32,000 nucleotides of DNA from Candidatus Micrarchaeota archaeon. GTDB taxonomy: Archaea; Micrarchaeota; Micrarchaeia; Micrarchaeales; CABMGC01. Every line of letters starts with the position of its first letter. Positions within the stretch are counted from its first letter, which is position 1. This document shows, in pieces, positions 22,501 to 29,770 of the stretch. Made by a program: the position numbers and the translations under genes. The notes below the pieces were generated by a model, which was given only the letters and a program-made list of their open reading frames with translations, had not been told where the DNA came from and ran no database searches. Location of the stretch: assembly GCA_027314605.1 (NCBI GenBank), contig DAHVAM010000003.1, forward strand, positions 1-32,000. Direction: 5' to 3'.

Positions 22501-22567
22501 TCGGAACATTGCTGTCCAACGGAGTGGATCTTCTTCTGCCCTCCACTGCATCTATTTTTCCGTCCAT
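19553..22567 (-). CDS. rtcB: RtcB RNA 3'-phosphate ligase (tRNA-splicing ligase) precursor containing an intein
   Basis: Exteins: 'MPDGHEGYGFPVGGV...GAIGFDIN' + 'CGVRLIKTNL...GAGNHFLEVQ...HTGSRGFGHQ...HRKGATRA...GSSCHGSGR'. 116 + 383 extein residues give a 499-aa mature protein. Confidence 0.95.
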   Translation of the reverse strand: MDGKIDAVEGRRRSTPLDSNVPIKKISDVKFSIEKELFTEMNKNVTIYATEHMLQRMRQDRTLRQAVNAATLPGLVSNMMVMPDGHEGYGFPVGGVEAFDAESGIISPGAIGFDINCLHPDTKLIDNYGALHKISEIKERRVDLKTMDIDSKRIVNSKHLLFMRKKEKRIYKIETQSGKRILASADHPIFTQKGMLTVENLSFSDFVVTNGFEGVEYENPPHKPVISEQDIFLTMDKLNIPKAGNGQNQIMNLLRRLGLNEIYLDSEKLPLIIKLMGSLMGDGTIPKPKDFTKTSSLCASIYGKESDLRTIAQDVTRLGFKSSIYKRDRHHRINTVYGTSEFDFTESCLRISSRSLAVLLVALGTPFGKKVSVTYRIPEWLMDSVLWQKRLFLAAFFGAEMSKPVTNNGLNFSCPAFSVSKLEALQKNAFEYIDDFKKLLLDFGVISSAPKIVEGYRYNGLDGETIGIRLFILSETENLIKFFSKISYEYNKDKEVLASLACMYLRYLEYTRRSLDEVRSRAVISQACGTPTEIIVSSLSNDHVSESFVRHSVWGRTGPARIWKNAYKFEEFVINRIFNDEGYVYDHIEKIEPINYNDYVYDITVDNENHNFIAESIIVSNCGVRLIKTNLEEKDLKGKIGKVADALFKNVPSGVGSKLQIGLTEKDLIKVCEEGVPFIIGKGFGLKEDIEHTEEKGIMEGADFSKNSKEAKSRGLFQLGTLGAGNHFLEVQSVERLFDKETAKAYGLYEGQVVIMVHTGSRGFGHQTCSDYLRTLVEYQSKHNIRLIDPELSYAHVGSKEAEDYLAAMKSAVNYAFTNRQIITNSIRKGFEEVFGKSSDALGMELLYDVSHNIAKLEEHQVDNARKKVYVHRKGATRAFPKGHPDVPKSYRSVGQPVLIPGSMTTGSYVLVGTEGAMKETFGSSCHGSGRVMSRHQAIREIPASKTFEELKKKNVEIRIKTRKLVSEEAEWAYKKVDEVVDVVERAGIARIVARCKPLAVIKG
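20705..22219 (-). mobile_element. 505-aa intein with LAGLIDADG homing-endonuclease domain inside rtcB
   Basis: Starts 'CLHPDTKLID' (Cys1, codon 22219-22217) and ends 'NFIAESIIVSN' (Asn codon 20707-20705), followed by the +1 Cys (20704-20702). LAGLIDADG-type blocks 'LMGSLMGDGTIP' and 'FLAAFFGAEMSKP'. Block B-like 'SADHPIFT'. More AT-rich than the exteins. Confidence 0.9.
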
Positions 22568-22664
22568 AAGATCACGTCATCGGTTTTCTCTCTACAGAAT
22601 AGCTCACGCAATAGAAAGTAATATATATGGGGAATACTATAAATAGTAGCGTAATCAACGCACC

Positions 22665-22675
22665 TTTTTATATAT
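22665..22675 (+). promoter_or_regulatory. TATA-box-like element for tRNA-Leu
   Basis: 'TTTTTATATAT' is centred ~29 nt upstream of tRNA position 1 (22699). Confidence 0.45.
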
Positions 22676-22698
22676 GGTGCGACAGAAATCTAGATGCT

Positions 22699-22799
22699 GC
22701 AGGGATGGCAGAGCCTGGTCAAATGCGGCGGACTCAAGATCCGTTGGCTTAGGCCTACGAGAGTTCAATAATTCATTTGAACAAATCTCTCTCCCTGCA
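22699..22799 (+). tRNA. tRNA-Leu(CAA): tRNA-Leu (anticodon CAA), class II, interrupted by a 16-nt intron in the T-loop
   Basis: Folded by hand. Acceptor GCAGGGA/TCCCTGC (7 bp) plus discriminator A. Anticodon stem GCGGA/TCCGT with loop CTCAAGA (CAA at 22735-22737). Long variable arm TGGCTTAGGCCTAC. T-stem GAGAG/CTCTC enclosing 23 nt instead of 7. No encoded CCA. Confidence 0.85.
22769..22784 (+). other. Non-canonical tRNA intron (T-loop, about position 58/59 or 59/60)
   Basis: Removing 'TAATTCATTTGAACAA' restores a 7-nt T-loop, TTCAAAT. GTTCAA (22763-22768) pairs with TTGAAC (22777-22782), the kind of exon-intron helix expected at a BHB splice site. The exact splice points are ambiguous by 1 nt. 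Confidence 0.6.
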
Positions 22800-22820
22800 C
22801 ATCTTCAAAGCTGTGATAAT

Positions 22821-23555
22821 ATGGCCAAAGCCCTAACAAAAACAACCCAAAAACCTAAACCTACAAAGAAAGAAAACAAGCTCCTTGGACGCATACGGAA
22901 AGCGAAGATAAAGGAGAAGGCGATGTTCGAACTTTCCCACTATCCGCAGAGCGACGAGTTTACCAGCTCTGCAGCTTCTGCGATGATGGTGCTAAAGCTC
23001 TTGAATGAAGACTTCAAGTTCAGGAAAGAGAGCGAATACAGCATATGGCAGGAATCGGTCAACGGAAGCGTCTGGCACGGCTCAAAGTACGGGCTGGCGT
23101 ATGCGCTGGCGAAGAGGGGCGCGAGGATAGGAATACTCAGCAACACCAAGGATGAGGGATACGACAAGAAGATGGCCGTATACGAGAACGTCAACCTTGA
23201 TACCCTCACGGCCTCGTTCAACGAGATAAAGAAGAAGGCAGCCGATATGGGCATCGAGGAAGAGCATGGTTCTGTCACGATCCAGATGATAAAGAAGGCA
23301 CTGTCCGCCAATGTTATTCCGATAGTATTGATAGATGCAAACTCGATAAACTCATATCTTGAGCCATCACCCCACTGGGTAGTGGTCAAGGGATACGACA
23401 AGGACGCTTTCTACATAAATGATCCTTATTCCGACAGCACGATTACGATAGACCACAACGCGTTCAAGACAGCAATCGGATTCGACACCGACATGCACAT
23501 GATCCTGGCGGACACGAAGTTCTTCGACGGGAAGAAAGAGAAGGCGAACAGGTAA
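22821..23555 (+). CDS. Peptidase C39-like (papain-fold) domain protein with Ser at the expected Cys nucleophile position
   Basis: 'YPQSDEFTSSAASAMMVLKLL' matches the C39-like pattern Q-x(5,6)-C-G-x-x-S/A-x-x-M-V-L, except that Ser replaces Cys. 'PHWVVVKGYDKDAFYINDP' supplies the His and Asp/Asn. Start trimmed to ATG 22821 because the track ORF start lies inside the tRNA. Confidence 0.6.
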   Translation: MAKALTKTTQKPKPTKKENKLLGRIRKAKIKEKAMFELSHYPQSDEFTSSAASAMMVLKLLNEDFKFRKESEYSIWQESVNGSVWHGSKYGLAYALAKRGARIGILSNTKDEGYDKKMAVYENVNLDTLTASFNEIKKKAADMGIEEEHGSVTIQMIKKALSANVIPIVLIDANSINSYLEPSPHWVVVKGYDKDAFYINDPYSDSTITIDHNAFKTAIGFDTDMHMILADTKFFDGKKEKANR

Positions 23556-24458
23556 TCAGGCTACTTCTGAGACGACTCCAGAGGCGAAGACCCTCGGAGC
23601 CTTATCCCTTATGAGTATGAACGAATCAGACTTCCAGAGGGCAGTCGGCCTTTCCAGTTTTAAGGAAAACTTGTCTCCGTCTTTTGTTATCTTGCAGTTC
23701 ACCACCGAGAAGCCGGTGACAAGCGTGCAATTCATATTTTCAGCCTCGTCTTTGGAGAGAGGGCTTTTCCTCAGTTCGGCGGTTATCGAGGTAGCATAAG
23801 GTTTCTTTTCCTTTGAGAGTATGTCCCCTTTCTCTATGTCCGTGTGATCAACGCCTTTGACCGCCAGTCCCACCCTGTCGCCTGTCTTCGCTTCCTGATG
23901 GTCGGCATCATGAACCTGGATCGACCTCACTGACAGCTCCTTCCCACCGCTGGACTTCAAGGCATCATGGACCCTGACCACTCCCGACCTGACTATGCCC
24001 AGTATAACCGTACCCACTCCTTTCACCGGGAATGATTTGTCCACATCAATCCTAAGCGCTTCGGAGTCCCTTGAACTGTCGCTCCTCAATCCTGCAATCT
24101 TGTTGAGCACGTCCTTCCTGTCGACAAACTCGTGTCCAGTGGGCGATACAGCCTTCAGTATGCCCGATACGTCATTCTCTGTGGTAAATATGGTCTTCTT
24201 GCCGAGCATTGAGGCGGCTATCACCGACTCGCCGAAGAGCGAGTCCACTTTTGCTGTGCTTATGACAACGATGTCTGCAATAGACATTATCTCGCCTATC
24301 GCGTAGAATTTTGCGGCGACGTCGGATGGCACAATCACCACTATGGCACCATCGTCCACCTTCCTGTTGTAGTACGTTACGCCATTCTGGCTTCCCTTCT
24401 TGCCTATCTCTGCCGCTAGCGCCTCATCATTCGGTATTGCGACTATAAGCGAGCTCAT
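23556..24458 (-). CDS. SelB-like / EF-Tu-domain-2 translation-factor-like protein lacking a P-loop
   Basis: Central beta-barrel 'IDVDKSFPVKGVGTVILGIVRSGVVRVHD...LSVRSIQVHDADHQEAKTGDRVGLAVKGVDHTDIEKGDIL' is EF-Tu domain II-like. The N-terminal G-domain-like region starts 'LIVAIPNDEALAAEIGKKGS' with no GxxxxGK(S/T). Start trimmed to ATG 24458. Confidence 0.65.
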   Translation of the reverse strand: MSSLIVAIPNDEALAAEIGKKGSQNGVTYYNRKVDDGAIVVIVPSDVAAKFYAIGEIMSIADIVVISTAKVDSLFGESVIAASMLGKKTIFTTENDVSGILKAVSPTGHEFVDRKDVLNKIAGLRSDSSRDSEALRIDVDKSFPVKGVGTVILGIVRSGVVRVHDALKSSGGKELSVRSIQVHDADHQEAKTGDRVGLAVKGVDHTDIEKGDILSKEKKPYATSITAELRKSPLSKDEAENMNCTLVTGFSVVNCKITKDGDKFSLKLERPTALWKSDSFILIRDKAPRVFASGVVSEVA

Positions 24459-24468
24459 ATCATCCGAC

Positions 24469-25587
24469 CTAGTTCTCCAGCAGGTTCTCGTAAAAGGACA
24501 CAACGTTGGATGTGGAGAACATCTTAAGGTTGTCCTTATTTGATATATATTCCTCTGGGTCGCCCTTCATGATCCTGATTATCTTATCAGCTAGCCTTTC
24601 CTCCTTTTCGACAACGCACATCTCCTTGACCTCTTCCGGTATTGGCGAATACTCGGGAACGACTACAGGAGTGTTGAGAGCCAGGCTCTCCAGCGTGATT
24701 ATGCTCAAGCCCTCCCTCTCGCCCATGTGGAGCAGAACCTTTGATTCAGCTATCGCCTCGTAAAGCTCCCTCTTCTCCTTGAAGAACGGCCTTACGACTA
24801 TCGAACCCCGCAGGCCCAATCTCCTCGCCTCTTTCATTATCTTGGCTCTCTCGATACCCTCCCCAACGAGCATGGCCTCTGCGGCTCCGTACCTTTCGAT
24901 GACCTGCTTCACCACTCTAAGCCATTTATCGATCCTCTTCTCCTTTATCAGCCTGCCGGAGAAGATTATCCTGTTGTTTCTCCTCTTGGCTGACCTTCTA
25001 ATCTCGTCGAGAAGAGAGTCCTCCAGGACCGGCGCGAACTCTCTTATCCTATTCCTCGCTATCCCAAGCTTCTCCAGGTTCTTTGCTGTCATGCTCGAAT
25101 TTGCGACGTACTTTGCGGTGCTAGACCTTATCAAGGAATTGGCGTAGACGTTCGCCATGTTTCCCGCAATGACGCCCAGATAGCTGGCCCAGTACTTCCT
25201 GTCCCATATCTCGTCGACCTTCAGGATGAGCTTTGCGTTCTTTATCCTGCAGTATGCCTTGACTGCAGGAAGATGTAGAATGGGGAAAGCGTTGGTTATT
25301 ATAACGTCAAAATCGTACTTGAACAGGTTCCTGGCATAGACGGAGAACATCAGCGCCTCCCTTATCGCCCTTCTTCCATGCTTGTACGCGTCCTCCTCAG
25401 TCGCCTTCCCGAAAGCGTGGTACTTCACCTTCTGGTAGGTGAATTCGCCCTTCATCCCCGGCCACCTCATCGTGAAGAAATGGACATCGTGCTTCTTCGC
25501 CAGCTCCCTAGCCTCGACGTTGAGTATCTGCTCAAGCCCTCCCTTATGCCATGGGTATGGGATATCGTAGACAAATGCAATCTTCAT
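24469..25587 (-). CDS. Glycosyltransferase, GT4 family (GT-B fold)
   Basis: 'EREGLSIITLESLALNTPVVVPE' (E-x7-E region). N-terminus 'MKIAFVYDIPYPWHKGG'. Start trimmed to ATG 25587; 25614 is a GTG. Confidence 0.8.
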   Translation of the reverse strand: MKIAFVYDIPYPWHKGGLEQILNVEARELAKKHDVHFFTMRWPGMKGEFTYQKVKYHAFGKATEEDAYKHGRRAIREALMFSVYARNLFKYDFDVIITNAFPILHLPAVKAYCRIKNAKLILKVDEIWDRKYWASYLGVIAGNMANVYANSLIRSSTAKYVANSSMTAKNLEKLGIARNRIREFAPVLEDSLLDEIRRSAKRRNNRIIFSGRLIKEKRIDKWLRVVKQVIERYGAAEAMLVGEGIERAKIMKEARRLGLRGSIVVRPFFKEKRELYEAIAESKVLLHMGEREGLSIITLESLALNTPVVVPEYSPIPEEVKEMCVVEKEERLADKIIRIMKGDPEEYISNKDNLKMFSTSNVVSFYENLLEN

Positions 25588-25635
25588 TTCATCAGACGTC
25601 TCAAAATTTGGCACATTTAGTATAAATACCAGCGG

Positions 25636-26547
25636 TCAAGGGGCAGTATAGCTGGAGGTCCACGAGCTGGTGAAGCTCATCGCGCCGTTTATTGCCCCGT
25701 TGTTCAGGTTGCCTGAATAGTCGTTGGCGTTGCCGTTGAGCGGCCACCATCCGACAAGGTAGTCGAGGCTCAGCGGAGTTCCGCCGATTCCTCCCTGATA
25801 GAGGGCCATTACCTCATTGGAAGAGAGGGAGGTATTGTATACTTGCACATTTGCTATCATGCCGTTCCATGTGCAGAAGCAGGTTTGTCCGCCTCCGATA
25901 TAGATGCCGCTCGTCGCCATGGCAGTCGCAAGAGAACACGGCTGATTAGAGGAACCCGAGTCCGCGCCGTTGGTGTACAAAGAGAGGACGACTCCGTTGT
26001 AGGTCATCACGTAAAACATCCACCTGCCCGCCGTGTTGGTGATGCCGTCGCCGATGTCGTGCGCCGTGCATCCCGAATATGCGGCCTCCGCGCGCATTCC
26101 GGGGTGACCCGAATCAAAGCCGAACATCAGATCCTGTATTTCGCCGCCAGCCATGTACTGTGTCATCGGATTTCCGCTATTGGAGCCCCCGGAATTGGCC
26201 CAGTTATTATTTGAAAGAACCCAGATGCTCCAGGTGAAACCGTTCGGATACCCTGAAAGACCAGAGGAAGTCGGAGTCAGGATATAATTCGCACCGTATC
26301 CGTTGAACTTCGCCACGTACTGCGGCAGCTCGTTGTTGCACGTCCCCTCAAGGTTTATGAACGAAGTTGTTCCTGGGCCCTGAGGCCTGTATACCTGGCA
26401 TGCGCCTGCAGCGACCTTGGGCGCAAGATTGGCGGAATTGAAGAAACCGAGCCCGAAGAGCGCCCCCAGCACAACTGCGATGATTAGTATGGCCCAGCCG
26501 TAGGTCATCAGGTACTCCATTGCGGATTGCAGGGCCAGAGTCTTCAT
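25636..26547 (-). CDS. Pilin-like protein with archaeal class III signal peptide and LamG/concanavalin-like domain
   Basis: 'MKTLALQSAMEYLMTYGWAILIIAVVLGALFGLGFF' (class III signal / type IV pilin-like N-terminus). LamG-like 'MIANVQVYNTSLSSNEVMALYQGG' and 'LVGWWPLNGNANDYSGNLNNG'. Confidence 0.7.
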   Translation of the reverse strand: MKTLALQSAMEYLMTYGWAILIIAVVLGALFGLGFFNSANLAPKVAAGACQVYRPQGPGTTSFINLEGTCNNELPQYVAKFNGYGANYILTPTSSGLSGYPNGFTWSIWVLSNNNWANSGGSNSGNPMTQYMAGGEIQDLMFGFDSGHPGMRAEAAYSGCTAHDIGDGITNTAGRWMFYVMTYNGVVLSLYTNGADSGSSNQPCSLATAMATSGIYIGGGQTCFCTWNGMIANVQVYNTSLSSNEVMALYQGGIGGTPLSLDYLVGWWPLNGNANDYSGNLNNGAINGAMSFTSSWTSSYTAP

Positions 26548-26575
26548 GTCGTTAGTAGGACGGATATATTTTTAG

Positions 26576-27262
26576 CTATTGCGAAGGCGACTCTCTTTCG
26601 TGCTCCTCTTCGATCACTACCTTCTTGACATCCTTGAGGTATTCGAGTATTGCGCCTATCAGGTAGCTCTTGTTCACGAAGTAATCGGCATTCATCTTCG
26701 TCTTTGAGTTGAATGATACCCTTGCCGCGGCTTCCTTTACCTCTATCGTTGTTGGCTCCAATGCGTAAGTCTCTGCTATCGCCTTTATCCTGTCCTCGTC
26801 CTTTTCGAGCTTTGCGACGACCTTCAGCTCGTACTTGACCTTCTCTCCCGCAAGCGGGTTGTTCGCATCGACCATAACCCTTCCCGAGTTGACGCTTTTG
26901 ACAGTGGCGATGGCGCCGTCGATGTCTATCTGCATGCCTGGCTGGGGATCTATGTCCCTCTTCCTGAAGTCAGCGATAGGCATTATCCTTACAAGGCTGG
27001 AATCCCTCTCGCCGAATGCGTCCTTGGGGTCTAGCTCCAGCTTCTTGCTCTGCCCCACATCCATTGTCTTTATCGCATCCCAGAGGGCCTTGAGCGCATT
27101 GTCCTTCCCTATGACTATCAGCTGCGGTTCATACCTTACATCCTCCCTGTATATCCCCTTATCCTGCGCCAGGCTCTTCTCTGTCGTGCGCATAAGCTCG
27201 TTGTCCGCCATCCTCCAGAGGCTGTAGTCTACCTTTACAAAATCTCCGTCCTTGAAACTCAT
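26576..27262 (-). CDS. FKBP-type peptidyl-prolyl cis-trans isomerase (archaeal long type with IF insert)
   Basis: 'GDFVKVDYSLW', 'LIVIGKDNALKALWDAIKTMDVGQSKKLELDPKDAFGERD', 'VMVDANNPLAGEKVKYELKVV'. Start at ATG 27262; 27271 is a GTG. Confidence 0.85.
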   Translation of the reverse strand: MSFKDGDFVKVDYSLWRMADNELMRTTEKSLAQDKGIYREDVRYEPQLIVIGKDNALKALWDAIKTMDVGQSKKLELDPKDAFGERDSSLVRIMPIADFRKRDIDPQPGMQIDIDGAIATVKSVNSGRVMVDANNPLAGEKVKYELKVVAKLEKDEDRIKAIAETYALEPTTIEVKEAAARVSFNSKTKMNADYFVNKSYLIGAILEYLKDVKKVVIEEEHERESPSQ

Positions 27263-27374
27263 CGAAATCACATCAGCGTAAGAAAGAACAGTGTCAGGAT
27301 TATGACACCCAAGATATATAATTCATTAGCAACGATTATACTTGTCAACAAATAATTAAAATCCTTGTGATTAG

Positions 27375-28046
27375 ATGGATACGACCCCAGCACAGCAGCA
27401 GCACCCGGAAAAAGTGGTCAAGGATCGCAGATGGAGGCAGATCGCCTTGGCTATACTGGCCTTACTGATAGGGATCATATTCCTGTCTTCATACTTCACC
27501 CTGCAGAACATTGGCGGGGGCAACACTCAGCAAAAGCAGAACACGACTGCGGCAGCGCCGCAGACAGTCTACGGGGTCGCGACGGCCAATGCAATTATAA
27601 CAGGCTACAGCAACACTACGTACATTGCGGTGTCATGCAAGAATGCGAGCGCCGATTCGTCGGTAAGTTCGAAGCTGAGCCGGTTTGTAACTGCGCTCGA
27701 GCACAATAACTCGGTTTACAATTCCTATTCCCTGCCTAATGAGACTGTGGTGCAGGCAGGCAACATGGACACTACGGCACTCTATGGATTTTTCCGAGAC
27801 AGCTTCAATGCCACATCGTTTTCATGCCTCGGCTTCTCTGCAGCTGCGACAATACAGCTGCCTGCCAGTCTCAGCGTCTTCATAGTCAACAAGTCTTACT
27901 CGCTGCTGGTTCCTGCTTCGCTTAGGTACTCGCAGATTCCAGTAACCTTGACGCAGAACATGTCGAATGTAGTGAAAGTGAGGGTCTCGGCCCTCGTCAC
28001 TGACAACGGTACGTTATACAGCCTGAGCACAGCAAAGCTGGAGTGA
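27375..28046 (+). CDS. N-terminally membrane-anchored, sequon-rich extracellular protein, function unknown
   Basis: TM segment 'IALAILALLIGIIFLSSYF'. Sequons NTT x2, NAS, NNS, NET, NAT, NKS, NMS, NGT. The stop overlaps the GluRS GTG start (GTGA). Confidence 0.55.
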   Translation: MDTTPAQQQHPEKVVKDRRWRQIALAILALLIGIIFLSSYFTLQNIGGGNTQQKQNTTAAAPQTVYGVATANAIITGYSNTTYIAVSCKNASADSSVSSKLSRFVTALEHNNSVYNSYSLPNETVVQAGNMDTTALYGFFRDSFNATSFSCLGFSAAATIQLPASLSVFIVNKSYSLLVPASLRYSQIPVTLTQNMSNVVKVRVSALVTDNGTLYSLSTAKLE

Positions 28047-29770
28047 ATGGGATGGTAAGCAAGGATGTTGAAGAAGAGATAAGGAAGGCCGCTTTAAAGA
28101 ACGCGCTTGACTACGGTAAGGCGCGCGATTCCACAGTGATCAACACTGTGCTCTCCGGGTTCCCGGAACTGCGCGCGGATATCAGGGAGTTGGCGTGGGC
28201 TGTTAATAAAGAAGTTAGCAGGATAAACTCGCTGGGAAAGGAGGAATTGGAGAAGGAAGCCGGGGCCTACAGGAAAGAATTCGAGGAGAAGGAGAGGGAG
28301 AAGGCCATCAGGACTGCAAAACCGAAGATGGAGCTTGAGGGCGCGCAGAAAGGGCATTTCGCCACAAGGTTTCCGCCTGAGCCCAATGGCTACATGCACA
28401 TAGGCCATGCTAAACCAGTCTTCATGGAAAGGGAGTTTGCGGACATATACGAAGGCGGGCTGTTCCTTTATTTTGACGATACAAATCCCGAGGCAGAGAG
28501 GCAGGAGTATGTCGAGGCTTTCAAAAAGGACCTGGAATGGCTGGGCATCAGGTTCGACGGAGAGTATTATGCGAGCGACAACATAGAGAGGATGTACAGC
28601 TATGCGGCCACGCTGATAAAGAATGGCAACGCATACGTCTGCCTCTGCCCGGTCGAGCAGGTCAAGGAGAATAGGAGCACAGGAAAGGAATGTGTGCATA
28701 AGAAGCAAACCTCTGCTGAAAATCTCAGGCTTTGGAACGAGATGATCAAGAAGGAGAGGGATACCGGAATACTGCGATACAATGGAAACCTGAAGGACCT
28801 GAACACGGCAATGCGCGACCCTACTCTGTTCAGAATAAAGGCAGAGACCCATTACAGGCAGGGAGCCAAATATTCGGTGTGGCCTACATACGACTTCAAT
28901 ACGCCGATAATGGACTCCATGAAGGGAGTCACTGACGCCATGCGAAGCAAGGAGTATGAATTGCGTGATGAGCTATACTACAAGATACTGGATCTTCTCG
29001 GACTGAGGAAGCCCAGAGTGCACAGCTTTGCAAGGCTTGAGATAAAGGACAATATAACATCGAAAAGGAAACTAAAGGAATTCATAAACAGCGGCAATAT
29101 CTCAGGGTTTGATGACCCTAGGCTTGTAACAATAGCCAGCCTGAGAAGGCGAGGTATCCTGCCAGAAGCGATAAGGGAATTCGTCCTTAGGTTCGGCATG
29201 AGCAAGACAAACAGCCAGGTAGGCATAGACATGCTGCTTGCCGAGAACAGGAAACTTATCGACAGCAGGGCGGTAAGAATGTTCTTCATCGAAAGGCCCA
29301 GAAAACTGTCGGTTGGAGGCATCCCTGCAGAGGCGAGGAAGATAAGGATGAAGGCCCATCCTTCTGAAGACCTGGGATTCAGGGAATATGAAGTGGGCAG
29401 CGAATTCTTCATTAACTCACATGACGCAATCAGTCTCAAGAAAGGCAGCCTGGCGAGATTGAAGGATGCTTTCAACATAAGAATACTGGAACCAGGGGGC
29501 GACACAATAAAAGCGGAATATGTTGAGGGAAAAGGCAATGACCTGCTGAAGCTTCAGTGGGTCAGCGAAGGCAACTACGTTGACGGCAAGGCCATCTCGA
29601 TAGGTAATCTCCTTTCGGGAGACGGATTCAACAAGAAGAGCATGGTCGTAACAGATGGGTATATAGAGGGATATGCCTCAGAGTTAAAGATAGGCGACAT
29701 AGTCCAGTTTGAGAAAATAGGTTTCTTCAAACTCGACGACAGGAAGGAAATGACGTTCATTTCCATGTGA
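28043..29770 (+). CDS. gltX: Glutamyl-tRNA synthetase, archaeal/eukaryal type
   Basis: 'RFPPEPNGYMHIGHAKP' (HIGH), 'YFDDTNPE', 'WPTYDFNTPIMDS', 'ITSKRKL' (KMSKS-like). GTG start at 28043 or ATG at 28052. Confidence 0.9.
   Translation: MNGMVSKDVEEEIRKAALKNALDYGKARDSTVINTVLSGFPELRADIRELAWAVNKEVSRINSLGKEELEKEAGAYRKEFEEKEREKAIRTAKPKMELEGAQKGHFATRFPPEPNGYMHIGHAKPVFMEREFADIYEGGLFLYFDDTNPEAERQEYVEAFKKDLEWLGIRFDGEYYASDNIERMYSYAATLIKNGNAYVCLCPVEQVKENRSTGKECVHKKQTSAENLRLWNEMIKKERDTGILRYNGNLKDLNTAMRDPTLFRIKAETHYRQGAKYSVWPTYDFNTPIMDSMKGVTDAMRSKEYELRDELYYKILDLLGLRKPRVHSFARLEIKDNITSKRKLKEFINSGNISGFDDPRLVTIASLRRRGILPEAIREFVLRFGMSKTNSQVGIDMLLAENRKLIDSRAVRMFFIERPRKLSVGGIPAEARKIRMKAHPSEDLGFREYEVGSEFFINSHDAISLKKGSLARLKDAFNIRILEPGGDTIKAEYVEGKGNDLLKLQWVSEGNYVDGKAISIGNLLSGDGFNKKSMVVTDGYIEGYASELKIGDIVQFEKIGFFKLDDRKEMTFISM

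Noticed and set aside
22674-22820. N-terminal extension of the 293-aa ORF (MVRQKSRCCRDGRAWSN...)
   Set aside because: It runs straight through a well-folding tRNA-Leu gene (22699-22799). The real start is more likely ATG 22821.
28094-29538. Minus-strand ORFs 28094-28852 and 28978-29538 inside gltX
   Set aside because: The plus strand encodes an unmistakable GluRS (HIGH and other motifs). The antisense ORFs have L/P/S-rich, low-complexity composition.
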